Shown here: positions 22,798 to 35,898 of the stretch, piece by piece
How positions within the stretch are numbered: the stretch's first letter is position 1
Layout: the number at the start of each line of letters is the position of its first letter
Source: an uncultured Alphaproteobacteria bacterium
GTDB lineage: Bacteria; Pseudomonadota; Alphaproteobacteria; Rhizobiales; Aestuariivirgaceae
DNA: 64,000 bases
Assembly: GCA_963775105.1 (NCBI GenBank)
Contig: CAVZHM010000007.1
Location: 69,980 to 133,979 of the forward strand
Reading direction: 5' to 3'
Notes under the pieces: model-generated
Told to the model about the DNA's origin: nothing
The model's input: the letters and a program-made list of their open reading frames with translations, nothing else
Databases searched by the model: none
Program-made: the position numbers and the translations under genes

Positions 22798-23740
22798 ATG
22801 ATCAGGCTTTCGCATGTCGTTTTTCTGCTGGCTGCAATTGCGGCGGGACCGGCCGCCGCGCAAACCGCCAAGGAACAGGCGGCACTGGCCGAATTGAGCG
22901 ATCCGGCGCTGCTGAAGAAGCCCGCCAAACAGGTGTTCGGCGCCGCCAAATTGCCCGCCCCGATGAAGGCCCAGGCCTTCGGCTCCTATGCCAAGGGCTG
23001 CCTGGCGGGCGCGCGTGGATCTGCCCTTCGATGGCCCCCACTGGCAGGTGATGCGCAAGTCGCGCAACCGCAATTGGGCCCATCCCGACATGGTGAAGCT
23101 GGTCGAACGGCTGGCCGCCGAAGCCCATGACAAGGATGGCTGGAACGGCCTTCTGGTCGGCGACATGGCCCAGCCGCGCGGCGGCCCGATGCTGTCCGGC
23201 CACGCCAGCCACCAGATCGGCCTCGATGCCGACATCTGGCTCACCGAAATGCCGGACCGCAAACTGACCGACCGGGAGCGCGAGGACATCAGCGCCACCT
23301 CGGTCGTCAAGGACCGCAAGACCATGAACTACAAGGTGTGGACCGAGGAGATGGCCCGCCTCATCCACCGCGCCGCCACTTATCCGGAAGTGGCGCGCAT
23401 TTTCGTCCATCCGCCGATCAAGGCCGAGCTGTGCGCCTGGGCCAAGGGCGACAAGTCGTGGCTCGCCAAGGTGCGCCCCTACTACGGGCACAACTATCAT
23501 TTCCACATCCGCATCAATTGCCCGAAGGGTTCGCCCGGCTGCAAGAACCAGTGGACACCCGCCCCCAAGGATGGCACCGGCTGCGGCGAAGAACTGGCCT
23601 ACTGGATGGGCGACATTCCGTGGAAGCCCGCCAAGCCGCCGCCGAAGCCCGATCCCAACAAGCCCAAGCCGAAACCGGCGCCCCCCTTGACACTCGCGGG
23701 CCTTCCTGCTGAATGCCGCGCCGTCGTAACAGCCCAATAA
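22798..23740 (+). CDS. mepA: Penicillin-insensitive murein endopeptidase
   Basis: GSYAKGCLAG, SRNRNWAHP, GDMAQPRGGPMLSGHASHQIGLDADIW and GHNYHFHIR. Confidence 0.92.
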
Positions 23741-23779
23741 GGGCAGCCGCGTTTCAAGGGGGCGGCGTCGGACCGAACA

Positions 23780-25668
23780 ATGGCACACGCCGATTCTGAC
23801 GGTCATTCCGCCGCCAACAAGCCAGCTGAAACTCGCCTTCGCGGCGCTCGGCGTGGTCTATGGCGACATCGGCACCAGCCCGCTTTACGCCATGCGCGAA
23901 GCGCTGCACCCGGTGGTGCGTGCCGGCGGCGATTTGCGCCTTGCCGTGCTGGGCGTCACCTCGCTGCTCATCTGGGCGCTGCTCATCGTCGTCACACTGA
24001 AATACGTGATCATGCTGATGCGCGCCGACAACAAGGGCGAAGGCGGCATTCTTTCGCTCGTGGTGCTGGTCGAAACCCTGCTCAAGAAGCGCGGCGGCTT
24101 CGTTCTGGCGCTGGGCATCATGGGGGCCGCTTTCTTCTTCGGCGACGCCATGATCACCCCGGCCATGACGGTGCTCGGCGCCGTCGAGGGCCTGACGGTC
24201 ATCAATCCGCGCTTCGAATCCTACGTCGTGCCGCTGGCCCTGGTCATCATGATATCGCTGTTCACCATGCAATATCGCGGCACCGCCAAGGTCGCCGCGT
24301 TTTTCGCGCCCGTTACGCTGTTGTGGTTCGTGGTGCTGGCGGTGCTCGGCGTGTTTTCATATCTTCGACGATCTCGAGATTTTCCTGTCGTTCAACCCGA
24401 TGTATGGCATCGGCATGCTGCTCGACCAGCCGGCCCTGGCGCTTCTGGTGTTCGGCGGCGTGTTTCTGGTGGTGACCGGCGGCGAGGCGCTCTACGCCGA
24501 CATGGGCCATTTCGGCCGCAACCCCATCCGCATCGCCTGGATCGCCGTGGTGCTGCCGGGGCTGGTGCTCAACTATCTCGGCCAGGGCGCCTTCGTGATC
24601 TCGCACCCCGAGGCCATCGACAATCCGTTCTATCTCATGGCGCCGTCGCTGGGGCCTCATTCCGCTGGTGATCCTCGCCACCGCCATGGCCATCATCGCC
24701 AGCCAGGCGGTGATCACCGGGCGCCTTCTCCATCGCCCAGCAGGCCATGTCGCTCGGCCTTCTGCCACGCATGAACATCACCCACACCAGCGAAACCGAA
24801 CAGGGCCAGATCTACGTGGGCCAGATCAACTGGCTGATCCTGTTCGGCGTGGTGCTGCTGGTGGTGGTGTTCAAATCATCGTCGAATCTCGCCTCCGCCT
24901 ATGGCGTTGCCGTCAACACCTCGATGATCGTCGACTCGATGCTGGCGCTGGTGTTTTTCTGGAAAGCCGGAAGCTGGCCGCGATGGATCGCCATTCCGGC
25001 CCTCGTCGTTCATTCTCGGCATTGAACTGCTGCTCGGCATGGCCAATGGCTGAAGATTCCCCACGGCGGCTATATGCCGGTGCTGATCGGCGCCACCATC
25101 ATCATCGTCATGGTCACCTGGCTGCACGGGCCGCAAGCTGCTGGCCGAGAAACTGGTGCGCGAATCGATCGAGCTCGAAGGCCTGCTGCAAAGCCTCGAA
25201 CGCCGCCCGCCGACCCGCGTGGCAGGTGCTGCCGTGTTCATGCAAACCGATATCAAATATGCGCCAAGCGCGCTGATGCACAATCTGAAACACAACCGCG
25301 TGCTGCATGACATTCTGGTGTTCATCGAAGTCGAAACCACCGAGACCCGCGCCACGATGGCGACCGCGTGACGGTGCGCCAGGGCCCGCTCGGCGCCTGG
25401 CTGGTGCAGGCCCGCTTCGGCTACATGGAACAGCCGGATGTCCCGGGCGCCCTGCGCGCCTGCGCGCCCCATGGGCTTGAGATCGATCCGGCGCCAGGCT
25501 TCCTATTTCCTCGGCCGCCGCGCCATCCGTCCGTCGCTGCGGTCGAAAATGCCATTCTGGCAGCAACGGATTTTCATCATGCTGGCCAACCAGTCGTCGC
25601 GCGCCATCGAGTTCTTCCGCATTCCGCCCGACCGCGTGGTCGAACTTGGCATGCAAATGAGCATCTGA
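23780..25668 (+). CDS. kup: Kup potassium transporter (multiple frameshifts)
   Basis: GVVYGDIGTSPLY, RADNKGEGG, GDAMITPA, EALYADMGHFG, ASQAVI and HNLKHNRVLH. Confidence 0.93.
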
Positions 25669-25671
25669 ACC

Positions 25672-26608
25672 GTGGCTGTTCTATCTCCCTTCAATCTTCC
25701 CGGCCGGTTCTGGCGCGGCAATCTGCACACCCATTCGACGCTGTCCGATGGCGTGCTGGAGCCCGCCACCGTGGTCGAAGCCTACAAGGATGCCGGCTAC
25801 GACTTCATGATGCTGTCCGATCATTTCCTCGGGCATTTCAACTGGCCGGTGGCCGACACCCGCGGCTTCCGCTCCAACAATTTCACGACGATCATCGGCT
25901 CGGAACTGCACGCGCCGGAAACATCCGCGGGCGAACTGTGGCACATCGTGGCGGCGGGCCTGCCGCTCGATTTCGCACCTGCTGAGCGCGAAGAAACCGG
26001 CGAGCGATATTGCCCGCCGCGCCCACGAGGCCGGCGCTTTCATCGGCATTGCGCATCCGGCCTGGTCGCAACTCACCATCGAGGATGGCCGCGCCATCGA
26101 CTGCGCCCATGCGGTGGAAATCTACAATCACGGCTGCGCCATCGAAAACGACCGGGGTGAAGGCTGGTATCTGCTCGACCAGCTGCTGACCGAAGGCAAG
26201 CGCCTGACCGCCTTCGCCACCGACGACGCGCATTTCAGCCACCCGACCATTTCGGCGGCTGGGTGCACGTGAAGGCCGAAAGCCTCGATCCCGAAGTGCT
26301 GCTGGCAGGCGCTGAAGCAGGGCCAATATTATTCCAGCCAGGGTCCGCAGATTCATCCATCGAACTTTCACGGCAAGGAGATTTCACATCGCGTGTTCGC
26401 CGGTCAATACCATCATCGTGCTTTGCGGCAATTCGCGCACGCTGTCTGCGCAACGGCCAGGCCATCACCGAGGCGAGCTTCGATCTTGGAAGCTCTGCAA
26501 AGCGGCTGCTGCTCAAGAAGCAAAGCCCGTGGTTCCGCGTGGCCGTCATCGACCAAGGCGGCAGACGGGCCTGGACCAATCCGATCTGGTGGGACGACGC
26601 TGGCCTGA
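25672..26608 (+). CDS. PHP-domain metallohydrolase (CehA/McbA-like)
   Basis: WRGNLHTHSTLSDG, GYDFMMLSDH, AHP, EIYNHGC, TDDAH and RAWTNPIW. Confidence 0.82.
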
Positions 26609-26609
26609 C

Positions 26610-27808
26610 ATGCCCCTCTGGCGCCTCATCACCGGGCTGGGCATCACCCAGATCATCGGATGGGGCACGACCTATTATGTGCTGGGCGCCCTCTCGCAAG
26701 ACATCGAGGCGGCGACGCGGCTGGCGCAAGACGCTCATCTTCGGCGCTTTTTCGCAAGCCTGATGCTGAGCGGGCTCGTATCGCGCCCATGCTGGCCGCG
26801 CCATGGACAGCATGGCGGACGCAAGATCATGTCGGCCGGCTCGCTGCTGTGCCGCCGTCGGCTGCGCATGCTGATCGGCTCGGCGCTACGCCTGGACCTA
26901 TATCGTGGGTTGGCTGGTTCTTGGCGTCGCGATGCGGCTGGCCACTCTATGACGCGGCCTTCGCCTCACTCGCCCAGATAGCGCCGCCGCAACACGCGCC
27001 GGGCAATTTCCTATCTCACGCTGTTCGGCGGCCTTGCCTCGACCGTGTTCTGGCCGCTGGGCCACGGGCTTTCCGGCAACATCGGCTGGCACGACACATT
27101 CCTCGTCTATCGCTGCAATCACATTTGCTCATTTGCCTGCCGCATTCACTTCGCGATGCTGGCCGACACGGCGAACGCGGCAGCCCGCGCGAAGACGCCA
27201 GCGGCGACAAGCCGGCCAGAGCCGCATCTGCGGGCCGTGAGCGCAACCATCGCCATGGCGCTGTTTGCCACCGGCATTGCGCTCAACGGCATGGTATTCG
27301 CGGCGATCTCCGCCCACGTCGTTCCGCTGTTTCGAAGAACTCGGCTTCGCCGGCGAACAGGCGGTAACCCTCGCGGCCCTGATCGGACCCTGCGCAAGTC
27401 GCAAGCCGGATCGGGCGAAATCCTGTCATGGGCAAGGCGCATCAGCCATGCAGGTTGGGATCGTCGCCTTCGGCGCTGCTGCCGGTGGCGTTCGTTGATC
27501 TTGGATCGGCGGCGGATTTCTCGGTGGCGGCAGCGCTCGCCTTCGCCCTGCTCTATGGCATGTCGAACGGCCTCGTCACCATCGCCAAGGGCGCGGTGCC
27601 CTTGCATTGTTCGGCTCCAGGCTACGGCGAAATGCTCGGCACCTTGCGACCCCGCAACTCGTTCTCAATGCCCTGGCGCCGACCTTGTTCGCCATGCTTC
27701 TCGATGCGCACTCGGCGCGCAACCGGCCTGGTTGTTTGCTTTGCCTTCGCCCTCCTCTCCCTTGCCGCCATGGTCCAACTGGCCCGGCCTCACCCGCGTT
27801 GCGTCTGA
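26610..27808 (+). CDS. MFS transporter (heavily frameshifted)
   Basis: [40 protein letters not shown] and [19 protein letters not shown]. Confidence 0.8.
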
Positions 27809-27864
27809 CTGGCGCAGGCTGCACCAGTGCTACCGCCGGCCACGCAATCCGCAAGGATTCGACG

Positions 27865-29252
27865 ATGACCAAGACCCGCACCGAAACCGACATCTTTGGC
27901 CCAATCGAGGTCGATGCCACGCGCTATTGGGGCGCCCAGGCCAGCGCTCCCTCGGCAATTTCAAGATCGGCTGGGAAAAGCAGCCCAAGCCCGTGGTGCG
28001 TGCCCTCGGCATCGTCAAGCGCGCCGCTGCCGAAGCCAATATGGCGCTGGGCCGACTCGACCCGAAGATCGGCGAGACCGTGGTGAAGGCCGCACAGGAG
28101 GTGATCGAAGGCAAGCTCGACGAGCATTTCCCGCTGGTCGTGTGGCAGACCGGTTCCGGCACCCAGTCCAACATGAACGCCAATGAAGTGATCTCCAATC
28201 GCGCCATCGAAATGCTGGGCGGCGAAATGGGCTCGAAAAAGCCCGTGCATCCCAACGACCACGTGAACATGAGCCAGTCGTCGAACGACACCTATCCCAC
28301 GGCCATGCACATCGCCTGTGCCGAAGAGATCGAACATCGCCTGCTGCCCGCCCTGCAGAAGCTGCGCAATGCGCTGAACGACAAGGCGCAGGCCTGGAAG
28401 AGCATCATCAAGATCGGCCGCACCCATACCCAGGATGCAACACCGCTGACGCTGGGCCAGGAGTTCTCCGGCTACACCCAGCAGGTCGAAAACGGCATTC
28501 ACCGCATCGAGCAGACCATGCCGATGCTGATGCAACTGGCCCAGGGCGGCACCGCCGTTGGCACCGGCCTCAATGCGCCCGTTGGCTTTGCCGAAATGGT
28601 GGCCGAGAAGATTGCCGCCATCACCCGCATGAAATTCACCACCGCCCCCAACAAGTTCGAGGCCCTTGCCGCCCATGACGCCATGGTGATGAGCCATGGC
28701 GCCATCAACACGGTGGCGGCATCGCTGTTCAAGATCGCCAACGACATCCGCTTTCTGGGCTCGGGCCCGCGCTCGGGGCTTGGCGAATTGTCGCTGCCGG
28801 AAAACGAGCCGGGCTCGTCCATCATGCCGGGCAAGGTCAACCCCACCCAGTGCGAGGCGCTGACCATGGTGTGCGTGCAGGTGTTCGGCAACCACGCCGC
28901 GCTCACCTTCGCCGGCTCGCAGGGTCATTTCGAACTGAACGTGTTCAATCCGGTGATGGCTTACAACTTCCTGCAGTCGGTGCGGCTTCTTGCCGATGCC
29001 GCCGTGAGCTTCACCGACAATTGCGTGGTGGGCATTGAAGCCCGCACCGACAACATCAAAGCCGCCCTCAACCGCTCGCTGATGCTGGTGACGGCGCTCG
29101 CTCCCAAATACGGCTATGACCGCGCCGCCAAGATCGCCAAGACCGCCCACAAGAACGGCACCACGTTGCGCGAGGAAGCGGTCAAGGACGGCATCGACGC
29201 CGATGATTTCGACCGCATCGTGCGCCCCGAGGACATGATCGGACCGAAGTGA
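27865..29252 (+). CDS. fumC: Class II fumarate hydratase
   Basis: [32 protein letters not shown] and [11 protein letters not shown] signature. Confidence 0.96.
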
Positions 29253-29438
29253 TGGTCGAGATCATCAATTTCAAGCGGAAGCGCAAGGAAAAGGCCCGCC
29301 AAGACCGCGAAACTGCAGCCGCCGCCAATCGCGTCAAGTTCGGGCGGAGCAAGGACGAAAAGAAATTGGCCGAAGCCCAAGCACGAATTGGCGGCGCGCC
29401 AGCTCGATGCGCATAAGCTGGACAATGAGCACGAATAA
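29252..29438 (+). CDS. DUF4169 family small protein
   Basis: Manual translation [16 protein letters not shown]...AAANRVKFGRSKDEK; one indel; usual position after fumC. Confidence 0.8.
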
Positions 29439-29772
29439 TCCAGCGGCAACAGAGGGGCGCAAGCGTTCGCTCGCCATCGCCGGGCACCGCACGTCGGTGT
29501 CGCTGGAGCCGGAGTTCTGGGATGCGCTGGGCGATCAAGCCAAGGCGCGCGGCAAGTCGGTGGCCGAACTGGTTGCGGAAATCGATCCAGGTCGCGGACA
29601 GCGCAATCTGTCGAGTGCCATTCGCGTGTCGATTCTCAACACCTTACTGCGAGGGCGAGAATCCTGTTGTGATGGCGGCACCTGCAGAGGCGGTTCGGGT
29701 TCAACGGCAAGGACAGGTTGCTCGATCTTCGGTTTCGGTTTTGGTGGCGGTTCGAGAGCCGCCTGCGCCTGA
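29425..29772 (+). CDS. Ribbon-helix-helix domain protein (3' end uncertain, probably shorter)
   Basis: KRSLAIAGHRTSVSLEPEFWDAL...NLSSAIRV. Confidence 0.85.
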   Translation: MSTNNPAATEGRKRSLAIAGHRTSVSLEPEFWDALGDQAKARGKSVAELVAEIDPGRGQRNLSSAIRVSILNTLLRGRESCCDGGTCRGGSGSTARTGCSIFGFGFGGGSRAACA

Positions 29773-32700
29773 CGCCGGATTGTCCGGCGCGCCCTGAGCT
29801 CACGCAGCCGCTGCCGCAATTCCGATTTGTTGATTTCGCTATTGGCGGCACGCGACTGCTCAATTTCGGCGCGCAGCGCGTCGGCTGCTTGCGCCCGCAG
29901 CGCCGCGTGAACGCGAAGCTCGCGCTGGCGCAGCCGCAACTCGTCGCGCTGGGCGTAATAGTCCTGAAGCTTGATTTCGTCTTCCTTGCGCGCCAATTCT
30001 TCTTCGGCGGCAAGGCGCTCCTGTTCCTCGCGCAGGCGCTCAAGTTCCGCCACGCCGGCATTCATCATGGCAACGCCAAGATTTCCAAACAGCTCAGTCC
30101 CATCATCACGCCGCGCCAGTGCATCGGGTGACCCGGCAAAGCTGATTTCCATGGCCGGGACGCGGAACACTGTCGCGGATCGACAGCACGATGGCAAAAT
30201 CGATTGTGCCAACGCCCAGTTCGGCCACACTGCGCAGTTCGGCATCGGCATCCGCCGTGGCGCTCTTCACCGGTGAGAATGCTGCCACGCCATTGACGAT
30301 GGTGATGATGCCCTTGACGTCGCCCATCGCCAAAGCACCGCCCGCACGCAGCGCGTCAAACGCCGCCGTCAGGCCCTCGCTGCTGGTTGCGGCAGCAGCG
30401 GCGCGCTTGAAAGCCGGAACGTCGATGCGCGCCACTTCGAGGCCATCGATACGGAAACTGCCGCTGCCGTTGAGGCCGGTCAGCGCGCCACCCGGGCTGC
30501 GGCCATTGCCATTGAAAGCCACCTCAATGACGCCGGTGCCATTGGCAGCCACTTCGCCGCTATCGAGGCGCAACTGACGCGCCAGATCAATGGGCAGAAC
30601 AATCTTGCCCGCGACAGAGCGGCGGCCCTCTTCACCATCTGGTTTGGACGCAAATAGTTATGCTTGCGGTGACTCCATTCTCGTCCTTGCCGAAGATTTC
30701 AACGTCAATGTCGCCGCCAATTGCCTTGATGGCGGCCTGAGCACTGCGCGACGTGTAGATTTCGCTGATCCGCAATTCCCGCGGCGTGATCCACAATTCG
30801 CCTTCCAGACCGAATGGCAAACCGGCGGCAAAATTGGTCTCGGGTGAGGCTTGCCGTCCATTCCAATCAAGTAGTGCTGCGGCCATAATCTCCGACACGC
30901 TGAGCGACCCAACACCGATTCCGGCAGCCAATCTGCCTTCCTGGTCGAGCGTGGCGTTGCCGTCGAACGCAGCGGCGCCCAGCTTGCCGTTGAAGGTGAG
31001 TACGCCAGGCAAGTTCTCCTGGCGTTTCACTACGCCTTCGAAACTCAAGCGATCTGATAGCCCTGGCGATGGCGGCAGGCCAAATGCCGCCGCCAGTGGC
31101 ACGGCGCTGACCGCAAGTACGCCAACCTTTCCATCCAGCACGCCGCCGGGCCCCGCCCGGCCGGTATATTCCGCCCCCGCACCGAATGCTTCTACTTTTG
31201 CCGAGGCATCAAATCCCTTGTCCAATGATCCAGCCACTGTGACTTCCAGGTACGCCGGAGATGTATCGGCGCCAACGGCAGTGAATCCCGCAAGTTTGCC
31301 AAGTTCAGCACCATTGGGCGCCTTGATGCTGCCCGATCCGCTGATGCCAAAATCATTTCCGCCAGAAATGGTGCCGGTAACTGAAACCGTCAGCACGCCC
31401 GTTGTGCCGTTGACATCGACATCAACAACTGTGGCGCCACCGTCCTGCCTGACCTTGAGATCGCTTTCGATAGCGGTTGCGCCAAGCGCAGCCACCCACG
31501 GCGGAACGCTCTCGCCATGCAACACGCCCGCCAGGCGCAAAAGGCCTCGCGGGTCGTCGGCAAGGATTTTCAGGCCGATGTTGCCACTGGTGCCGGCCTG
31601 GCCTTCGGTGACAACACCTTCGGCGTCGAGACGCGCGCCCTCAACCGAACCAATCTGCAGCAGCCTGAGTTGCAGCCCCACCGGACTCGATTCAAGATCA
31701 AGCGCCACGTCCTGGGCTTCCACGCCGTTCAATGCCAATGCGCCGGCCTCTACAACCAGCCGCAACCTCGAACTCAGCTTGCTGTTGAGCAACAGCGGCC
31801 AAATGTTGAAAATGGCGGGTGTTGCAGCTGTCTTGGCATAACGGTCGACATCCAGCAGATCACTGGCAATGCGCAGTTCAATGGACTTCTGTTCGCCAAG
31901 TCCAACGACAAGATTGCCGCTGCCGCGGACACCATCAAGCGTGAAGTCGGCCTTCTCAAAGCGCAAGCGCGAAGGGCGTAAACTGACTTCGGTAACCAGT
32001 TCGGCGCGCCCGCGCTCACCGGTCCACAATCGCTCGATATCAGCTTTGCCCTCGGGCCATAGCCATGAAGCCAAGAGCCGAAGGTCGCCACTCTCGGCAT
32101 CAAGCTTGCCCGAAAATTCGCCGCCTTCGCCACCGGGATAGTAACGGCCTTCGACGATGACGGCCGAGCGCCCCGGCAGACTGGCGCGGAACCGGCGGAC
32201 GGTGATCCCCTCCTGGTCGGCGGCAAGTTCAAGCGCCACGTTCTCCAGGTTTTCACCACCAGCCGTGAGCGACGAAACTTTGACCGCACCTTCCAGCGCA
32301 AGTCCATTGGGAATGAACCCCAGCAACTGCGACGCCAGCACAAAACCTTCACCATCGCGCAACAATTGCCGGGTCTTGGCGCCGGCCAGAACATCAAGAT
32401 CGATGTGCGGTGATTGCAGATCGGCGCTGGCCGTGAGGGCAGCGCCGAGCGACAGGCGGGCGCTGCCGGTCATCATCGTGCCGCCGTCGTTCACATCGAC
32501 GGGTGCGATCTGAATGTCGTCGAACTTGATGTCATCGAAGGTTGCCAACAGCTGGGCAGTGAGCACCAGCGGGCGAAACTGGCCCTCGGTATCGGTTTTC
32601 TCCTGCAGCTTGACCACCGGTTCGACCCGCACCAAGCCTTCAAACTGGTTGCCGGTGTTGCTGCCGTCGAAACTATAGGCAAGACCGGAGTTATCGGCAT

Positions 32701-33364
32701 TGGCGACCCGCAACCCGAAACGGAAAGGCTCATCCGCCTTCCAGCTTGCGGTGTTGAGGCCGATGTCGAGCGTCCGATTTTCATGAACCGCCGTCGAGCG
32801 CATGCGCCATGGCCCGCGAACCTCAGGCGCCGACAGGACCGCACTAAAATTGTCCAGCCGCAAGGTGCGCCCCAGCCTCCGGTGTGTCAGCAGCAAAGTG
32901 CCACCCGCCAGGGTGATCCGGTCAAGTTTCACACGGCCCAAGAGGTCGCTTCCCGCAGGATCCAAAATCGGCTCGAATTGCCAGTTTCCAACGCCCGCGG
33001 CATTCAACTCGATAGCAACTACCGGATTGTCGATGGCGACGGTCTCGGCCTGCAAAGTACCGGAGAAAAGCCCGGCCAATGTTATCCGCACGTCGATGCG
33101 TTCGGCAGTCGCGAAATCCTTTGTTCTCAGCCCCGGCAGATTGGCGATGCTCACATCTTCCATCGTGAGCCTTGGCCACGGGAAAAGACGGGCCGTGACA
33201 TTGCCGTTCACCCGTACCTCGCGACCGGTGATTTTTCGTCCATACGCCTCGAGATCAGCGCGATAGCCATTCCAGTCGATCACATATGGCGCGAACAATG
33301 CCCCGAATACCGCCACGACGAGCAGCAGGCCGATATAAAGGACCGGGGATTTCCAGACTTTCAT
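29644..33364 (-). CDS. AsmA-family protein (frameshifted in the C-terminal part)
   Basis: N-terminal TM plus ALFAPYVIDWNGYRADLE...GREVRVNG...FPWPRL. Long beta-strand repeats and a coiled-coil/Pro-rich tail. Confidence 0.85.
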
Positions 33365-33396
33365 GATTGCGCGGGTGTGGATGGTCATTGCGTCAA

Positions 33397-34790
33397 TCAA
33401 ATGGCGGCATTCTTGCCGGGGTTCATGATATTTCTGGGGTCGAGCGCCCGCTTGATGTCGCGCATGAAGGCGAGCGCCGGGCCGTGCTCGCGTCAAGTAT
33501 TCGATCTTACCGGAACCGATGCCGTGTTCGCCGGTGCGAGGTGCCGTCCATGGCGATGGCGCGGGCGATCAGGCGGTCATAGACGGCTTTCACGCGTTTC
33601 ACTTCGTCAGCGTCCGCGCGGTCGCAAAACAGCACGACATGGAAGTTCCCGTCGCCCACATGGCCGACGATGGGGCCATAAAGTCCATTGGCCTCAAGGT
33701 CCTCTTGGGTCTCGCTCACGCATTGCGCGAGCCGCGAAATCGGCACGCAAACATCGGTGGCGAAGGCACTCCTTGCCCGGCATCAGCGCCTTCGTCGCCC
33801 AGAACGCATCGTGGCGCGCCTGCCACAGCTTCTGGCCGCTCCTCCTCCTTGGTGGCCCAGTCGAATGGCCGCCGCCGAATTCTTCGGCGATGGCGCCAAA
33901 CGTTTCGGACTGCTCGCGGGTGGAGGCCGCGGTGCCGTGGAACTCGAGAAACAGCGTCGGCGTCACCTTAAGGTCGAGTTTGGAATAGGCGTTGAAGGCT
34001 TTGACGTGCTCGGCATCCACCAATTCGATTCGGGCGACGGGAATGCCCATCTGAATGGTCTGGATGGTGGCATTGCAGCAGGCTTCCACCGACGGGAACG
34101 GGCAGACGCCGGCGGCGATGGACTCGGGGATGCCATAGAGCTTGAGCGCCACCTCGGTGATAACGCCGAGCGTTCCTTCGGCGCCGACCAGCAGCCGCGT
34201 GAGATCGTATCCGGCGGACGATTTCTTGGCCCGGCTCGCCGTCCGGATGACCTCGCCATTGGCCATCACGGCGGTGAGCGACAGGACATTCTCGCGCATG
34301 GTGCCATAGCGGACCGCATTGGTGCCCGAAGCGCGGGTTGCCGCCATGCCGCCGAGGCTGGCGTCTGCGCCGGGATCGACGGGGAAGAACAGGCCCTTGT
34401 CGCGCATATGCGTGTTGAGCTTCTTGCGGGTGACGCCCGCCTCGACCCGGCAATCCAGATCGTCGGCATTGACTTCGAGAATGCGGTTCATCTGCGCCAA
34501 ATCGATCGAGATGCCGCCGAAGGGCGCGGTGAAATGGCCTTCGAGCGAGGTGCCGGTGCCGAAGGGGATGACCGGCGTCCCGTACTTGCCGCAGATGCGG
34601 ACGATCGACTGCACCTCGCTCGGTGGTCTGCACGAAGGCCACGGCATCGGGCGGCGCGCCCGGGTTCCAGGTCTGATCCTTGCCATGCTGGTCGCGCACG
34701 GCCTGGGCGGTCGAAAGCCGGTCGCCGAGACGCCTCGCGGATCTCGGCGATGGCCTTCGTTGTGCTGTTGCGGTGGTTCGGTGTATTCAT
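33397..34790 (-). CDS. FAD-linked oxidase (D-lactate dehydrogenase/GlcD-like)
   Basis: PFGTGTSLEGH, FPVDPGADASLGGMAATRASGT, KSSAGYDLT, GHVGDGNFH and EHGIG. Confidence 0.9.
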
Positions 34791-34823
34791 GGCGGCAAGT
34801 TTAACAGAATCGGGCGCGTTGCG

Positions 34824-35313
34824 ATGGAGTATCCAGCTCCTTTCACCGGCTCCATCCAGAAGGTCGAGGACCAGTGGATCGACTACAATGGCCACTTCAA
34901 CATGGCCTATTACAACGTGCATCTTCGACCGCTGCGGCGACGAGGCTTTCGCTGCTCTGGGCCTTGGCCCGGACTATGTGAAGGCGCACAACGCCTCGTT
35001 CTTCACGCTCGAAGCCCACATCACCTACATCCGCGAGCTGCATGCCGGGCGACCGCGTGCGCGTCACCTGCCAGTTCCTCGATTACGATGCGAAGCGCGT
35101 GCACTATGTCCAGGAGATGTTCCATGCCGAAGAGGGCTGGCTTTCGGCGGTGACCGAGAACATCGTCATGCACGTGGACATGGCCGCGAAGAAATCGCGC
35201 GCCGTTTCCGGCGGATGATCTATGCGAAGATCACTGCGATGCATGCGGCGCACAAGCCGCTGCCGGTGCCGCCTCAGGTCGGGCACCGAATCGGAATTCC
35301 GCGGCGCACCTAA
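34824..35313 (+). CDS. Thioesterase (4HBT-like hotdog fold)
   Basis: WIDYNGHFNMAYY and FFTLEAHITYIRELH; frameshifts. Confidence 0.85.
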
Positions 35314-35452
35314 AATTTCGCGCTGCAAAATCCCGGAATAGCGCTCTGACAACATCGTCATCTGACGTTGTTTTGATTTTGGTCATCTTCTCGCAACAAT
35401 TGCGCTGTATGCCGCCATCATCGACGGCATAAAAGAATCCAAGGAGGCGCCC

Positions 35453-35627
35453 ATGTTGAATTCCGGTTTCGAGCATTTTGCGGAGGCGCTGGTCTTCGCC
35501 CATGGCCGTTTCGCGCCGCCGAAGCGGCGAAACACGCGAACCTGGCCGAGCGACAGGCGACGCCGATCTTGCGGACACTTGGCGGCAGCTTCAGAGATCC
35601 CTCGAGGACCGAAAACTCGCCGCGTAA
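35453..35627 (+). CDS. Small hypothetical protein (~58 aa) ending in -LAA; paralog of 36217-36416
   Basis: AAGGAGG RBS and ATG 35453. Reconstructed across two indels: MLNSGFEHFAEALVFAHGRFA-AEAAKHANLAERQ-DADLADTWRQLQRSLEDRKLAA*. Confidence 0.7.
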
Positions 35628-35630
35628 TCG

Positions 35631-35668
35631 TTGACATGCGCCAAGCATGCGCGCATGCTTGGCGCATG
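35631..35668 (+). promoter_or_regulatory. Antitoxin promoter overlapped by a perfect 34-bp palindrome (probable autorepression operator)
   Basis: TTGACA-N17-CATGCT. CATGCGCCAAGCATGCGCGCATGCTTGGCGCATG (35635-35668) equals its own reverse complement and ends in the antitoxin ATG. Confidence 0.8.
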
Positions 35669-35898
35669 AACAAGATGTTGCAGGTCCGCAATCTCAAGGC
35701 GGAGATCCACAAGAAGGCGAAGATCCGCGCCGCAATGGAAGGCAAGACCCTGATGGACTGGGCCGCCGCGCTCATCGAGCGTGAGGTCTCCCGGCCTACC
35801 CACGCCGAAATTTCCGAGCGGCTGCGCAGATTGCCCGCTTTGGAGCATCTCGCCGTCATCCGCGAAGAGATAATCCTCGAGAACGTGATTGCCGGTGA
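35666..35898 (+). CDS. FitA/VapB-like ribbon-helix-helix antitoxin
   Basis: MNKMLQVRNLKAEIHKKAKIRAAMEGKTLMDWAAALIERE. The presumed TGA at 35896-35898 overlaps the toxin GTG and needs one indel. Confidence 0.75.

Noticed and set aside
27045-29252. 735-aa ORF suggesting an MFS-fumarase fusion
   Set aside because: The N-terminal half wanders between frames, and fumC has its own RBS and ATG at 27865. Frameshift artefact.
33688-35313. Long antisense ORFs (e.g. 33688-35313, 32414-33988, 52764-54281, 60161-61732, 27924-29150)
   Set aside because: These are shadow ORFs opposite recognisable genes, expected in high-GC DNA, with no protein motifs. Only the last part of 33688-35313 belongs to the thioesterase.
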